A DNA stretch of 62,830 bases, counting the filler, from Sphacelaria rigidula (Eukaryota), in assembly GCA_964200075.2 (NCBI GenBank). It is 5 parts of 5 records of this genome, joined end to end, with 100 filler letters (N's around TTAATTAATTAA, not from the genome) between each part and the next. Parts side by side here need not be neighbours in the genome. Positions count along the whole stretch, not along the records: positions 12,588 to 25,073 come from CAXNAA020003711.1; positions 25,174 to 37,659 come from CAXNAA020003712.1; 3 more parts are not named here. One strand, given 5' to 3'. Under the pieces are notes generated by a model. The model did not search any database. It saw only the letters and a list, made by a program, of their open reading frames with translations, and had not been told where the DNA came from. How positions within the stretch are numbered: the stretch's first letter is position 1; every line of letters begins with the position of its first letter. Of this stretch, positions 13,400 through 26,560 are shown piece after piece. The position numbers and the translations under genes are program-made.

Positions 13400-16300
13400 A
13401 ACGATATGTGTTGGTGTTCTCGCCCGACTCTGACCACAACACCGTGTGCGCACCTCAGTGCGGCTTCTTGGTCGCTTCGCACCCAGCAGACCTAGACGAA
13501 TCCCGACTGGGCGTACACCGATCGACATATGGGCAATAATGTCTGACATCGACAGACATGAGCAAGTCACCCAGCTCATCATCAGCGTTCTCAAACAGAG
13601 CATACCTGCCGATTCAGTTTGTTCACTGTCTACGAACTTTGCCGACGTACTCTTGAGTACCGCTGAAGAGTTGGTACCCCGTCTGACCCGGAAGCCACGT
13701 ATACCGGGGTGGTTCGAGGGTTCTGCCATCCGAACTCGAATACATCTGGAGTGAGAGAGGAAGGGCGAGATCGACGGTGCGATTGGGGCCATCACGAGAT
13801 GAACCCGCATAGCGCACAGTGCGAGTAGCTTTTAAAATGGTGAAGGAGATGATCCATGTTTGGTTGGACAAATATAGGAATGTGTATGCTACAGAGATGA
13901 AGGAGTATACTCGAGTTGGGGACATAAGAGGATGATACAGACATCTCAACGGAGGGTGGAGAATGTCTGGACGACCAATCAAGAGTGAGCAGTACATTCC
14001 AGATGAGGACGGTACTACACTTCGGGGCAAAGGTATATCAGTGAGCGATGGGCACGGTACTCCTCCACATTGCTGAACGCCAAATCGGCAACCATCGACC
14101 GAGCCGTCATCGAGAAGATTGCACAACGACCAATAGCATTGTCAATAGGAGACCCGCCAAGCCCAAGTAAAACCGAGGAGGCTCTGAGATTTATGTCGAA
14201 CGGCGAAGCGACGGGTTCGGATGTTCTACCTGCTGAAATCCTGAAGCTTGGACTGAATGGGCAGGCGTCGGAGATTCTGTACCATTTTCACAGCATCGTC
14301 TATGCAGTTTGGACATCAGGCGAGGTGCTGCAGGAATGGAAACATGTCACTATCAAAGTGCTGCGCATAAAAAAGATAGGACCGAGTGGGGCCGTACAGG
14401 ATCATTTCACTTGTGGCACATGCTGCTAAAGTTCTTCTCAAAATCGTAACCAACAGGCTCGATTATTCCTGTGAGGGGACAAATGTCTCCCGGGAAGGGC
14501 AGTGCGGATTTAGGCGCCAACGAGCGGCCACAGAGATGATGTTTGTAGTACGCCCGGCTTCAGGGGTTGGGATAGGCGAGCAACGTCCCAATAAACATGT
14601 GCTTCATCGACCTGCAGAAAGCCTGCTTTTCCGTAGACCGCACGCTCCCGTGTGAGGTGCTTGCTCGGTTAGGAGTCCCGCCGTGAATTATCACGATTAT
14701 CCGTATGTTTCATGACGGCATGCAAGCTCGGGTACAGCTACATGGTGGCGAACTATCAGCGTGGTTCCACGTCTACCAGGGACTCAGGCAAGTTTGCGTT
14801 TCGTCCTCGCAGTTGTTCAATATCTTCAGAGCAGCCTTGGTCGACGTGATCGTTCAGCGGTTTGCAGCGGACCCAGTCATCGTCGCCGACGTGGTTTTTC
14901 TAGATGATGCGTCAAAAGGTGATGGTGGTGAACCCCTGGAAGAGATGCCGCTGGGGTGAACAATGCTTTATGCGGACGACGCCGGCATAGGTTCGCGGAC
15001 CTCAGACGGCCTTGCTCGAATGATGACCATGATAGTGATGACTTTCCAGGAATTCGGTCTTACGGTCTCCGAGGGCAAGACAGAGTCCATGCGCCTTTGG
15101 TCAGGATCCAGTCCCACGGAGGACGCCCTGCAAATCGAAGCTGCCGGTCGAAGGTATGAGTAGACGGGGAAGTTCGTCTATCCTGGTGGTGCTATCAGCG
15201 CGGATGCGAAAATGTCCGTCGTAATCAACCGCTACATCAGCGCAGCGTGGGCGCGTATTCAAAAAAATAACTTTCTACTCTAGGATTGATTCAACGCCCA
15301 GTTATCCTTGAAAGTCTGTCTGCTTAAAGCGGGGGTGGTAGAAGCTCTGTCGTATCGGTGTGCCACATGAACGTGACGCTCTCAGCACTTCGACAGTATG
15401 CGGACTGCCCATCACAAGCTCTTGCTGCGAGTGGTTATATTTTGCAGGAAATATCGAAGTGGCTTCAAGACTCTTTCGTACAAAGCGGTGCTCGAGATGA
15501 GCAACTACGAGCGTATCAAGACGACTATCCGCAAACGTCAACCCTACTTCGCGGGAGCCCTTCTCGGGCAGAAGGACACGCGCCGTTCATGACACCTTCC
15601 TAAACGCATCATCAACGGACGGTTAACCGCACTTGGGCCAAAGGAAGCCGGCCGCCCACACGACTAAGGCAAGTAACAAATGAGCACGCCCCCCCCCCCC
15701 CCCAAGCGATGGGAGTAAAGCCTCCAGGAGAAGCTACATGCACCAGGGACTGTTCCGCACGAAGAATCACGACAGAGATGGTTCGTCCACGGTGAAGAGA
15801 GGTTAAAGATGCATACGATTGGGTCACTGCGGCGAACAGCAGGGACAAATGGCATATTGGAGTCGAGAAAAATGCGGAAGAGTTTGAGGACACGTGGCGA
15901 CGCGAGGACGATCGAGAATCGGACCGCCGCCACAAACGAGAGGCTGCTGCGTCGAGGGCTGCCAATCGAAAAGTCCTGTCTGAACATATAGGTTGTTGAT
16001 TGTGTCCTTGGTCATTATCTATACTTCTGCTGCCATAAACTCTTTGGGCTTCACCACTCGTGCATTCTCCTTCTCTATTTTCCTTTCCTCCATATTTCTC
16101 TCCATATGTACGTTCTCTCCTGCCGGTGTATGCCAGAGCAGTATGATACCTCGCTTCATTGAGTTTGTTGATGGATGAGAGGGCCCATACCCTAAATAAA
16201 GCGATCGTAAGAGATGAGCCGCAGTAGTTTCCGTTTCCACCGCCTTTCGTTTTCTACGACCACGTATGAGTGTGGTTCTGCGTAAGACCTTTTCCGCCGA

Positions 16301-16532
16301 GGTCATGTAGAAGAGGCCAGCCATTTCTTTTCAGTTCTTCTATTTTATTTTATTTTTATTTTCATGTCCTAGTCGACTATGGTGTTCTGTTATGCCTCGT
16401 ATATCTCTTCTTTTTATCTTCAGCGAGTGTTTCAGTTTTGCTTTGCCTCGGGTACGTCTATCTTATAACCACGGCTGAATACCCGGGGGATTAGTTAAAG
16501 TGCGATGATCAATCAACCCAATCGATCAATCA
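13400..16532 (+). mobile_element. Degenerate RTE-clade-like non-LTR retrotransposon (LINE)
   Basis: APE C-terminal SDHN motif (~13430); RT motifs ATGSDVLPAEILK, YRIISLVAHAAKVLLKIV, QCGFRRQR, CFIDLQKA, GLRQVCVSSSQLFNIF, MLYADDA; pyrimidine-rich 3' UTR ending accacggctg..ttaaagtgcgatg(atca)n. Confidence 0.93.
15661..15703 (+). mobile_element. 3'-terminal fragment of the C-tailed LINE family nested in the RTE element
   Basis: cgactaaggcaagtaacaaatgagcacg followed by poly(C). Confidence 0.75.
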
Positions 16533-18444
16533 TACTCGTCGTCACCAAACGCTTGTGTAGACAGTATATATTGAAGACTTGTGAGCCTATATAATATGTG
16601 TTCCACACGTGCAATTGTTCAATTCCTTCTGGGAGCAACATATCTCGGCAGTCCTTGGGCAAGCGTGTCAGCTACTGTTGAATGTTTATGCTGGGGGATA
16701 GCCGCAGTTACAGTATTGTAGGGTATGGCTGATACTATTCTATTGTCGGTACACGTAGCTTGCGACGAATTTCTCGTAACAACAGATAACGTGGGATTTT
16801 CGTGATTTCCCCTAAACTTCACTCTCAGCCGGGTTTTTTTACTTTTAACTTTTCTGATCGAAGACTACGGGTTTCCAGATAGGAACCTCGGCTTATGTTG
16901 ACATCTTTCACACGTGTTCGGAAAAGAAAAACGTAGGAGGAAGCTGACAGCATGTACGTTCGCTTGTACTCACTAGTGCTGCGAAGATGGCGTTTGGGAG
17001 ACGGCGAGTCTCGTTCCCACACGGGTACCCGTACATATTTTCCTGCCGATCTCGAGCATGTTTTTTATTGCATTCAGGCTTCTCGGGAAGCGTTGCGAAT
17101 TTCCGAGGTTCTACTGCGTTTTGACCAGCATTCGGTTCGCTTATGGATTGATCAAGTCCTGAATGAATGGATGGCAGATTGCCTAGCATCAACCGACCTG
17201 AGATAAACCCGGTTGCGGTCACGAGGCAGATGCACTCACGGCAAGTACCCGGAAGCGCTCACTGACTACGAATGGCGAAGTAGCCTCAAATTCACACAGA
17301 ATGAGTCAAGAAACGTAGACTGATAGACACCGGACGAATAATGATCTTGAAACTCAGCCGCCAGCCTCCCGCCAGGGCTCCAGGTACGAGATTTCGGCTC
17401 CGCTTCGCGGGAACCGCGCTACCCAGGTAGAAACTCTGAACCACTTGACCTGGAGGAATGAGGCACAAGCACTGGTGGACGTGGAAAAACACGACAAGGT
17501 GGGAGCGCATACCAGAGCAAGGGATACACGCTACATAAACGAGGGGGGAAACGACCGCACACGGCCGAGGTGTCTACTCCCGTGCATCCCTAGTCAAGCG
17601 CACAACGAGCCGCTTTTCTCTGTTGTCTGAATCTCGTTTTCATCACGAGCTACAGTTGTCGGTGTTGAAGCAACGGCAGGAGGTGGAGTCAAGTTGGGAA
17701 TGATCTCTACATACCAAAACCGACCTCGGTAGCTCACCGTTTGCGGTGTGCGTGGAGACAATGCGCCAAGCGGCTCTCGAAAGCTCCCGATCACATTGGA
17801 GTGAGCTTCTCGGGAAAGCGGGAAGCCTTTGTTGCCACCGTAGGTACCGTAGGTGAAAACGCACCGAAGCAGCATAAGACGTACTTCGTATATATATATA
17901 TATATATGCGCCTCGTGTGCGACTTCAAGCCCTGGACTTGAATCGATGTACTACAAGTAGCGAGAAAGGGCAAAATGTGGCGATTTCGGGTTCCGCCCGG
18001 CACGTCTCTTCCCGCAGTATCTGGGTATGATAGCGGAAAATGTGAGAACCTGGGTAGGAACATCGACGGCAACCGAATGCGGTACGGGAGTGCCGATCCA
18101 ATCCACAACACCAGAATGCCAGGCATGCACCGGGAGACAAACGGGTTGCTCCGTTCAGACTACGTATTTATCCCGTTAACCATTACAAGCATGACGCAGC
18201 GAACAAGAAACACCAATGTCGGAGGGCGAAACGAGGCTTCGTGTTCCTGTTGGTTACTCGTGTTTGCTCTCATTTTTTTTGTGTGTGTACCATTCTGTTT
18301 CGAAGGCCGTCGCTCACGCTGTGATAGCACTGATAGCGCTGACAAGTGTTGGCCTCAGGCATCCCGCTATTACATACATCTCACGGGGATTTCGTGAACT
18401 AAAAGTGTGGCCACGGGTGCAGTGCCGAGGGTGCTCACCACGGA

Positions 18445-18900
18445 GTTGATGATTTGATAGGTTTGATTTGATTGTCGCACTTTAACTGACCGCAAAACCC
18501 AAACCACAGCACACCCCCAGCCCCCAACCCACCGACCCCACCACCAAAAAANNNNNNNNNNGGCCACGGGTGCCGGGCCGGGGGGCCTCCCCACGGGGTT
18601 GATGGTTTGATGGGTTTTATTTGATTTCCGCACTTTAACTGCCCCCCCCCCCCCCCCCGGGTCCAGCCGTGGTCACATGATACACGTACCCAATAAAAAT
18701 AAAACTGAAACACTCGCCGAAGAAAAAGAAGGAAAAGGAAAAAATCGAACAGAACGACATATTAAACTAAGACGTGAAAAAAACAATATAACTAAAGCAA
18801 AGCACAGAAAGAAATGGACGATCTAAAACAAAAAAAGGAAAAGAGGAAAGAAAAGAGCAACAACAAAAACAACAAAAAGCCCAAGGGATTCAGGGCAGCA
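18445..18900 (-). mobile_element. 3' end of an RTE-type LINE/SINE (partly duplicated across an N10 gap)
   Basis: Reverse complement reads gggtacgtgtatcatgtgaccacggctggacccgg..cagttaaagtgcg..aatcaaa, matching the tail at 16445-16532. Confidence 0.7.
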
Positions 18901-19467
18901 GAGTAGATACAGGAGTAGGTACGAAATTAGCGCATGAGCAACTGTTCGATCCGGGATGTTCCGAATTATTACCACCCTTGCAGTGTACATGTCAGACTTT
19001 TCATTCCCAAATTTTGTACATGATCACTTACGGTTGCCATTAAAGCTACATTTCATGCCTTTTTGGTCGGGATTCTCTCTTCTCGCGACAAAACATTGTG
19101 CCGCCCACACGATCTTTGTGTTGAGGCTGACGCCGGCACTTGCACAAGCGCTCGGGGATTCCGCCTCCGGCATCTTCCAGCAACTCCCACCTCAGAAAGC
19201 AGGCGTGAAATTGAGTTATGGACAGCGGTGTTTTATCGAGTGTGAGTAACTTAGAAGATTAGTGTCACAGCCTCGCATGAATGTTGGACGTCAGACCCCA
19301 CCAGCGGGACAAAAGTTGTGTTTTTGTTGGTGTTTTCTTCAATCGCGAAGTCGGGTGTACACGTACATTTTGAAAAGCTGGGACAAGCGCTGAAAAAGCG
19401 CTTGAATGTCGTACCCTCCAGCGCCCTCAGTTGCTCACGTCCAAGGGCACTTGCTCGTGTGAACTGG

Positions 19468-19728
19468 AGAGTGATGGTACGGTAGGAGTGCACAAATATC
19501 TTTTGAGGTTAGAATTGTTAGGAGTTCTTTAACTCAGCCAAAACACGACCTATAAAATATGTGAGGGTACGCCAGGATGATTGTTCCAATGTGCGAGGGA
19601 TGTCCCGGATGAATTTGCAAACAGGGATGCCCTGATCCATATTCTTGTGCATCTACAACCGTTAGGAGATCCTGAACCAGACGGGGTTATATTTAAAACC
19701 GTGCACTCCTACGGTAGCATTGCTCTGG
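19468..19728 (+). mobile_element. ~260-bp MITE (family M1) with ~25-bp terminal inverted repeats
   Basis: gagtgatggtacggtaggagtgcac ... gtgcactcctacggtagcattgctc; homologous copies at 29795-30040 (-), 36433-36689 (+) and a partial copy at 12588-12644 (-). Confidence 0.85.
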
Positions 19729-20827
19729 ACTTGTATGCAAAGGAATCAGATTCACGATCGTGGCAAGAAATCACGAGCCTGAAACTCTGAAGAATGGAAC
19801 AACACCGACGTAGTCAAATCTGCGAATGACGACCTCCTTGAAGGCTATCTCATGTAGTGATGCAATCATCGCCTCAGGTTGCTCCCGACTCTCGTTTCTG
19901 ACGTAACCTGTTTCGACAGTAATTCATGAGCAGTTCCTGATGAGCAGCAAACGTATGTTATATCGTCGCCGCAAGTGCCTTGGTAGTCCATTTAGCAGGA
20001 TATATTGTGCCTGTGCTGGGAAAGCTGTGACGACTAATACAGCTTCTCTCGCCATTTCATTGCCGGATGACATCTTAAGTGATGCGAACAAAGGATAGCT
20101 TGAAAACTTCCACCGGTATTTTTCTGAGGGGCCAGGTATGCAGTTGAGGGAGGACAGACCGTCGCGTAGTCGACTGGTGTAGTATCTCAGATCCTGCGCT
20201 GCCGTTTGTCAGGATAACCAGACGATCGACATATACGAAATTGACGCTTGGGAAGCACTGGCGACTGGCAAAGTTACTCTGCGAAATCCATGACCCAAAG
20301 TTGCGAGGGGTGTACCAGGGAAGATACGCGTTGATCACCTGAGACCACAGACCACGCCCGAAGAAAGGCGAAGGGTTGAAAGCGTCGGGGGGAATCAAGT
20401 CGATTTGTGCCGCCAAACGACTTTTACCGAGCAGTTTTGCGCATTTCGACCACCACTTGGCCGTTTCAGACGGACCCTAGGGTTGATGACACGAGCTCAT
20501 TACCGAAAGCACTGTGCCGTCTACATTTTGTGCCGTCTTCCTTGCAGAGGGATGAAATCTTTGTCCTCAAACACGGGCAAAGACCAGAGTATGACCGGAT
20601 AACACTGCAAGTGTCGCTTCGAAGTTATGGAAAATGGGGGCAAAATGTGGTGTTGCAGGTCTCGAGTAAACGTTCTAAACGTATCTGGCAAGAGATGTGT
20701 TCATAGTAGTAAAGTATGTCTCCCGGCGGTGCGAGGTATAAGCATGGCTACTGACTACTGTATTGCACGGCGTAGTGCGCTGTACGGTGTTTTGTCCTGT
20801 ACCGTAGTTCGAGATGGGAGGGGGGGG

Positions 20828-20855
20828 CGTACTCATTTGTTGCTTGCCTTAGTCA
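20828..20855 (-). mobile_element. 28-bp 3' fragment of the C-tailed LINE with target-site duplication
   Basis: cgtactcatttgttgcttgccttagtca flanked on both sides by ttcgagatgggag plus a G run. Confidence 0.8.
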
Positions 20856-20934
20856 TTCGAGATGGGAGGGGGGGGGGGATATGTACGGTACTGCTGGACA
20901 GGCTGGGGGGGGGCAACGCTTCGCAATATTAAAC

Positions 20935-22640
20935 GTTGTCGGCATTAGTGTGGAAAGTGCCGTCAACAGTGCTGGAGCGTTCGGCGCCAGATCGGAATTG
21001 TTGCAGACAATTTTCACGCTGTCGCCTGCGCTGCGTAGACTGTCGTCAGCTGTCGGCAACACTTTCCACATTGGCCTCGAACGTTCGACGCTGTCGGAAA
21101 CAACTGCTACCCTGTTGCCTACGCCGCCGCCACGGGAACCGATAACGCCTACCCTGGTGCTGACGGTTCTGACAGTATCGCCCACACAACCGTGAGTGTC
21201 GACACTCTGCGATCTGCCGAAACTGCTAGCGCTTTTGTTGCTGTTAGCACCACTGTCTGAGCTGCCGTGGAGACTCCTAAGCTGTCGGAACCATCGGCGA
21301 CACATCTGAGCCATCGCCGACACACGTGACGGTGTCCCCGACGGTTCAGATATGCCGCCGAGAGCTCCAACCGCCGAAGAGTACTTGACACTGGTGGCAC
21401 TGGTGGCACAATCGAAACTGTCGCGACTGTCGGCGCTATTACCGTCGCTACCGGCACCATCTGAACTGTGGGTGCAATCGTCGGACCTCTGAGAGCTGCT
21501 ATCGACGTATCTGAACAGTCGCCGACAGCTTCTACAGTTATCATGTAGCTGCCCCCACAATGTCCCCGACCACCTCGACAGTATGGTCGATAGCTATGGG
21601 CTATTTCTCCGCAACCCTGTCGGAACTGTCGGCGAGTTAGCTAGAGCCGCCGGAACGATCGCCGACAGTCTCGACATTGTCGGAAACACCGGCTCACACT
21701 TCCGACACTCTCGCCGGTGGCTCCGACAGATGAGACACTATCGCCGACAGCTTCATCGCCAGCAAGGATAGAGCCGGCGGCCCCTCAACCGTCACCGTCA
21801 GCCCATAACAGTCGCCAGCACTTACTATAGCTATCCTCAGCGCTAAATCACTTATTGATGGAAAAGAGAACGAAACATGCTGTCCAGCTCAGTACAGTAC
21901 GGTGTACATGCTGTGCATGGAGTTTGCATGCATACAGAGACGATGCGGTTAGTGGTGCGGCATTTTCCCGATAGGTGGGCCACGATGCCGGCGAGGTACG
22001 AGTACAGATACGACAGGGTCGGCCGCGGTAATTGGCGCTTCTGGAAACTCCGACAGCTGTTCATACCCCCGCTCAAATGACTAAGGCAAGCAACAAATGA
22101 GTACGCCCCCCCCCCCCGCTCACAGCGCGAATAATGCGCCAACATTCATATGTGGGGTATGATTTGCCGACACATCTGGTAACCCCAACACTATCGTCTG
22201 AACATGGCGCTGTCGGAACTGACGGTGACAGAGCTGAGAGTGTCGGGCGTGTCTCTGACAGCTCGGTGACTCGGGGCCACACGCACAAATATCTTCGGCA
22301 CTTTCGACAGTGTAAAAAACTGTCGGCGTATGCGTCGGTGACGTCAAAGCTGCCCACCGACAGCGCAGACACAATCGCTGACAGGTCTCCCTTTCGCAGG
22401 CTCGGTGACTGAGTCATCAGCTGTCACCAGCACAGTTGGAACTGTTGACAATTAGTATGTAAATGTCGTCAACAACTCAGAGTTTCGGCCACAGTTGCGA
22501 AAGTGCCGGCGCCACCCTTCTTACTGTTAACGTCACCCCTTGTCGTCGCTGACAAGTCTGACAATGGCGCCGATAGTTCCGACGGTGGCGCCGAAGGTTT
22601 CTGATGTGTTGGCGACACCGTGGACACCATCGCCGGACAC
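20935..22640. repeat. TGTCGG/CCGACA-motif-rich repetitive region
   Basis: About 20 exact TGTCGG/CCGACA hexamers plus many near matches on both strands in 1.7 kb. Confidence 0.7.
22078..22117 (+). mobile_element. 28-bp 3' fragment of the C-tailed LINE with target-site duplication
   Basis: ccccccgctcaaa-tgactaaggcaagcaacaaatgagtacg-C12-gctcaca. Confidence 0.8.
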
Positions 22641-23738
22641 GGTAGGAGCGGTACTTCGTCTTATGATACGGGGTTAGGGCTAGGTTTAGGGGTTACGTTA
22701 GAGCTCAAATGGCGACGAAATCCGCGGATCTGCCCAGTTCATGTCGATAGATCTGGATGAATTACGTCAACTTGTAAGTCGGGTTGACTTCCAGGTATAC
22801 CCCCATATTGGACGAGGGGCATGGTGTGGATGCTAGCACATATGATGAAAATACCTCCACAGGTGTCCGTGGAGGATAACCAACTTTACACCTTGGCGAG
22901 AACATGGCATAACTCTGTACACTTTATCACCAGAAGGTCACGCGCTTGAATCCCGGTTCACACCAACGAAAAGAGAAAAAACAATCCGCCATAGCTGAGC
23001 GGGTGACAAGGAGTCGTGAGATTGATGTGGGGGCAGAACACTGGTGGGTGACTGGCGAGCAGAATTTCTCAAACTCACCAGGAAATATGTTGCGAATATG
23101 AATGGTTTGATGACATAACGCACGCACCAGACACGTCAAAGAAGGCGTACAAGAGGAGGGTGTAGTGTGGACCACAAAAGAAGAAGGGGAAATTACACAA
23201 GGGGCATGTCGAGGACAACTATCTTTCGAATCATAAAAAATATTCGGATTGGTAAAACTCAGATTATATCAGCGGAGTGCGGATCAGCTTCGACCTTTCC
23301 ATTTTTGAAGGCTGACATTCGCCTTTTGAAAGTGCGTACAAGTTGTAGCGCTCGACACCCTCCGTCACGCACCTACACGCTAGGGTGCTAGTATCAACTA
23401 GATTATAAGCAGCGGTGTGGTATTGAGGTTGAAGGGCACAGCGATGTTAAGAGATCGCCGCCCTGCTGCAGAATTTGTTGCGAAAAAGGATTTTCTCGTA
23501 GTCACAGTGTGGCATTTCCTGTGTTTGCGTGCACAAGAGCTGGCGGCAGCCTGTAAAAACAGATGGGAAACAGCAGTGTGTCATTAGTCAAGCTCATAGT
23601 TCGTGTTGATCCTCTCGATTTCGCACGCGATGTCGAGGGTGAGGAGTACTGATGCTTCACCATGCGGATGATTGCCCGGAAAGAGATTGAAAGAGAATGC
23701 TCACGCCCCTTCCTCCCTCGTCTCGTTGTATACCTCAG

Positions 23739-23954
23739 GAGTACTACTGCTGCCTAGACTCGGAAGGCTGCGGAGCAAACAATACTCTATTCGCGATGTT
23801 CGACTGCGCGTTTGGAATCGAATGCGTGAACACGACCTTCGAGTGCGAATATGATGGAGCGGTCGGAACGATGCCGGGTGCTGTCTCAGAGTGGAGATAT
23901 GCCCTCGGTACTTTTCTTGTTGCGGTGGTTGCCGTTGCTGGACCCATGCTTTAG
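23739..23954 (+). CDS. Putative terminal exon of a Cys-rich surface protein with a hydrophobic C-terminus
   Basis: Good pyrimidine tract plus ctcAG; 72 codons to TAG; EYYCCLDSEGC..DC..EC..EC then GAVG...YALGTFLVAVVAVAGPML*. Confidence 0.55.
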   Translation, partial: EYYCCLDSEGCGANNTLFAMFDCAFGIECVNTTFECEYDGAVGTMPGAVSEWRYALGTFLVAVVAVAGPML

Positions 23955-25073
23955 CAGTTCTCTACTCCATCTCAAGTCCTACCGATAGGTTGTGGACGGG
24001 ACAGCCAACCACCCCGAAGTCAAACAAATAGGATCGAAAACACGGAAAGCGAGTAGATTTAATGATCGACAACGTTGTATGACATTTTCGTTCAGTCCTC
24101 TTCACCCAACAAAAGAAGTGAGATGTTTCGGGTGTACAACTCCGTACCCCTGCGCCCCGAATGAAATCCGGCAACTATGCGATCATCGATTTGGGGTTTC
24201 ACTGCGCGGCAGCTCCTACCGCACTTTCTTTCGCAGTCCTCCCGGGATATTGCTCACCTCAACGTATCTACAGTAGTACATCATCCTTGAAAAGACGGGC
24301 GGTATCAACTACCGTCAAGTACTCGGCTGCCCATACCGATACTCTGGTGTCCTTTCTCTTTTGTTATTTGAAATGAAGTACATCCTCATACCCAATCGTT
24401 GCAAGTCATCATGTGGGTCGTGCTTACACAGTGACATGTATCCATCTTTGCCCAGATGTATTTTTTACTCCAGGTTACATGGTTCACTAGATAAGGTTTC
24501 GATCGGCGCGGTTCATCTCTATTTCACACCATCTGTTGCCTAATCCGAAACTACCTAACGCCCTATAGGGTTGGAGGACGTGCACGTTGGGAGGTAGTTT
24601 CCGGGCTACTCACGGTACCTTTGGTGACATCATACATCGCTGAAAAATACCTCCCTCGTACAACAAGAGACGATGCTCATCTGAGGTCCCTCTTGGGATA
24701 CTTCACGCCGTGGGAGCTGCACCCCGACATTCTTCACTGCAATCCCCAAGACCACCGCATGTGTTACCGGAGCAAGAGCAATTTTCACATAATTAGCGCA
24801 ATTTTGACACCTCGTGCACTGAACAATAACAATGACCATTGGCCAACCGTGTACAACAACTGTACGGGGCATCGCCCGGGAACAAGTGTTTCTGGTAGAT
24901 TATCGGCGAGAAAAGCATTGGTGAGCTGTTCACACCAAATAAATGCTACATAGCCCACAAAGCAGTCGGCCGTACTTGCGATAGTCGAAGTCATACTGGA
25001 TCAGATACACTCTCTCGCAAGTGCGCAAAAAAAAAGCGGTAACCTCGTTGCCCAAGAACGAAGGGCACTCGAG

Positions 25074-25173
25074 NNNNNNNNNNNNNNNNNNNNNNNNNNN
25101 NNNNNNNNNNNNNNNNNTTAATTAATTAANNNNNNNNNNNNNNNNNNNNNNNNNNNNNNNNNNNNNNNNNNNN
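25074..25173. other. Artificial scaffold linker
   Basis: N44-TTAATTAATTAA-N44. Confidence 0.98.
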
Positions 25174-25420
25174 TTTTTTTTTTTTTTTTTTTGGTTTTTT
25201 TTTCTTCTTTTTTTTTTTCTTTTGTTTCTTGGTGTGTGCTTTTTTTTTTTTTTTTTCTCGCTCTCCTTCTTTCCTTCACGTGTTTCATTGTCTGTCTGTC
25301 TCTGTCTCTGTCTCTGTCTGTCTGTCTGTCTCTCTTGTCTCTTCTTGTCTCTCTTGTCTCTCTGTCTCTCTGTCTCTCTGTCTCTCTGTCTCTCTGTCTC
25401 TCTGTCTCTCTGTCTCTCTC
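25174..25420. repeat. Poly(T) and (TCTG)/(TCTCTCTG)n low-complexity tract at scaffold start
   Basis: Directly visible. Confidence 0.9.
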
Positions 25421-26229
25421 TATATCCCCCCCGTCGGTGCACAGTAGCCCGCGATGATCTTCCACCGTCCGCCGCTGAGGGTCGCCAAAATCAACACGTC
25501 GAGCTCGACATGATTACGGCGCCTTGTTGTTTTTCGCATTTTTCAACGAGTCGAGACCGAAAGTACAAAATCACGCCCGGATTTTCGGTGAAAACAAACC
25601 GTCGCGCGTGTTCTCGTCGCATCTCCCTTAGTACGCCACGACGTATACGTGTCATTTTCCAGTTAGTAAGTCCATATATGGTGGCCAATGCAAATGCTTT
25701 CTGGCCTGATTTTAGTGGGTACGAAGACTCCCACACTTCGACATCGTCTCGAAGCTTCGTGGCAATCAAGGGCTTTACGCCTGCCCCTGCTCACTTGGAA
25801 GATGTCAGGGATCAGGGAACGGGAGAAAGTATGTATAGGGGAGTCATGCTGCGATAGAGGGGGAGGGGGGGGGGGGGGGTTGATTCCACGAAAAAATGGG
25901 CTCAAAAGTGCGCCAAACGACTTGTTCTCGGGTGAAAGCGGTGTCAAGCAGTATGAACGAGCGTTTTTTATCGGGAGCTAGCGCGTTGCTCCATATATCC
26001 GGTGCGTTGCTCGATGCATTGCCGGAAGTTTTTCAAACAGATGATAATGCTGAACACCATGTTCCTGGTGAAGTCGTCGCGTGAAGTCGTCGCGGTACAT
26101 GAATTATACCCCCGCGTCCCCCCCTCCCCCTCCCCTCCCCCCTCTCTGCCCTCGTTCTTTATCATAGAGTGGAGTTTCTGTTGTTATGGCCGCGTCACAG
26201 ACAGAGTCACCCCAAAACGAGTATGTCCT

Positions 26230-26560
26230 ACGTTTGGGGATTTTGAAAAATCATACTCTAAGCGCTTAGAGTGCGAGAGGAGGTCATTATCTGTTGAATC
26301 GGCATCACGTTCACTTAAAAAAAGTAGGGGTGATCCAGATGGACAACCCGCATCGCGGTCTAAGTGTCAAGTATCCAAAACGTGGGTAGAGTGCCCGAAC
26401 CTTGGGTATAGAGTATTGAGATCGTACTACTAAAAAATTCTCAGATATTGAGCAGAGTATTGCGATCATACCTAATTTTACCCACTATTTAGGTGGGTTT
26501 TGGAGATGAAAAATTCGGGAGAGTAAATACCCGAGTATTTACCCTGTGCCCAATACACCC
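26230..26560 (+). repeat. Dispersed repeat (homologous to 47878-48082, - strand) interrupted by a piggyBac-type MITE at ~26262-26366
   Basis: Shared tttgaaaaatcatactct..gtattgagatcg..cagatattg.gcagagta.tgcgatc..ttcgggagagta.atacccg.gtatttaccct. Confidence 0.7.

Noticed and set aside
16950-17850. Decayed gag-like retroelement fragment
   Set aside because: Protein-like stretches but no diagnostic motif.
18409-18660. Tandem duplication across the N10 gap
   Set aside because: The two versions differ by G/C-biased errors next to a poly-C run; most likely overlapping low-quality read ends.
20050-20720. Highly decayed copia RT/RNase H remnant
   Set aside because: Only faint resemblance (e.g. SSNTGKDQSMTG); no intact motif.
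20853-21560. 235-aa minus-strand ORF
   Set aside because: Lies in the motif-rich repeat; Ser/Asp-biased with no domain or splice evidence.
25118-25857. Arg/Glu- and Leu/Ser/Cys-rich ORFs
   Set aside because: Derived from the TCTG microsatellite and poly(T).
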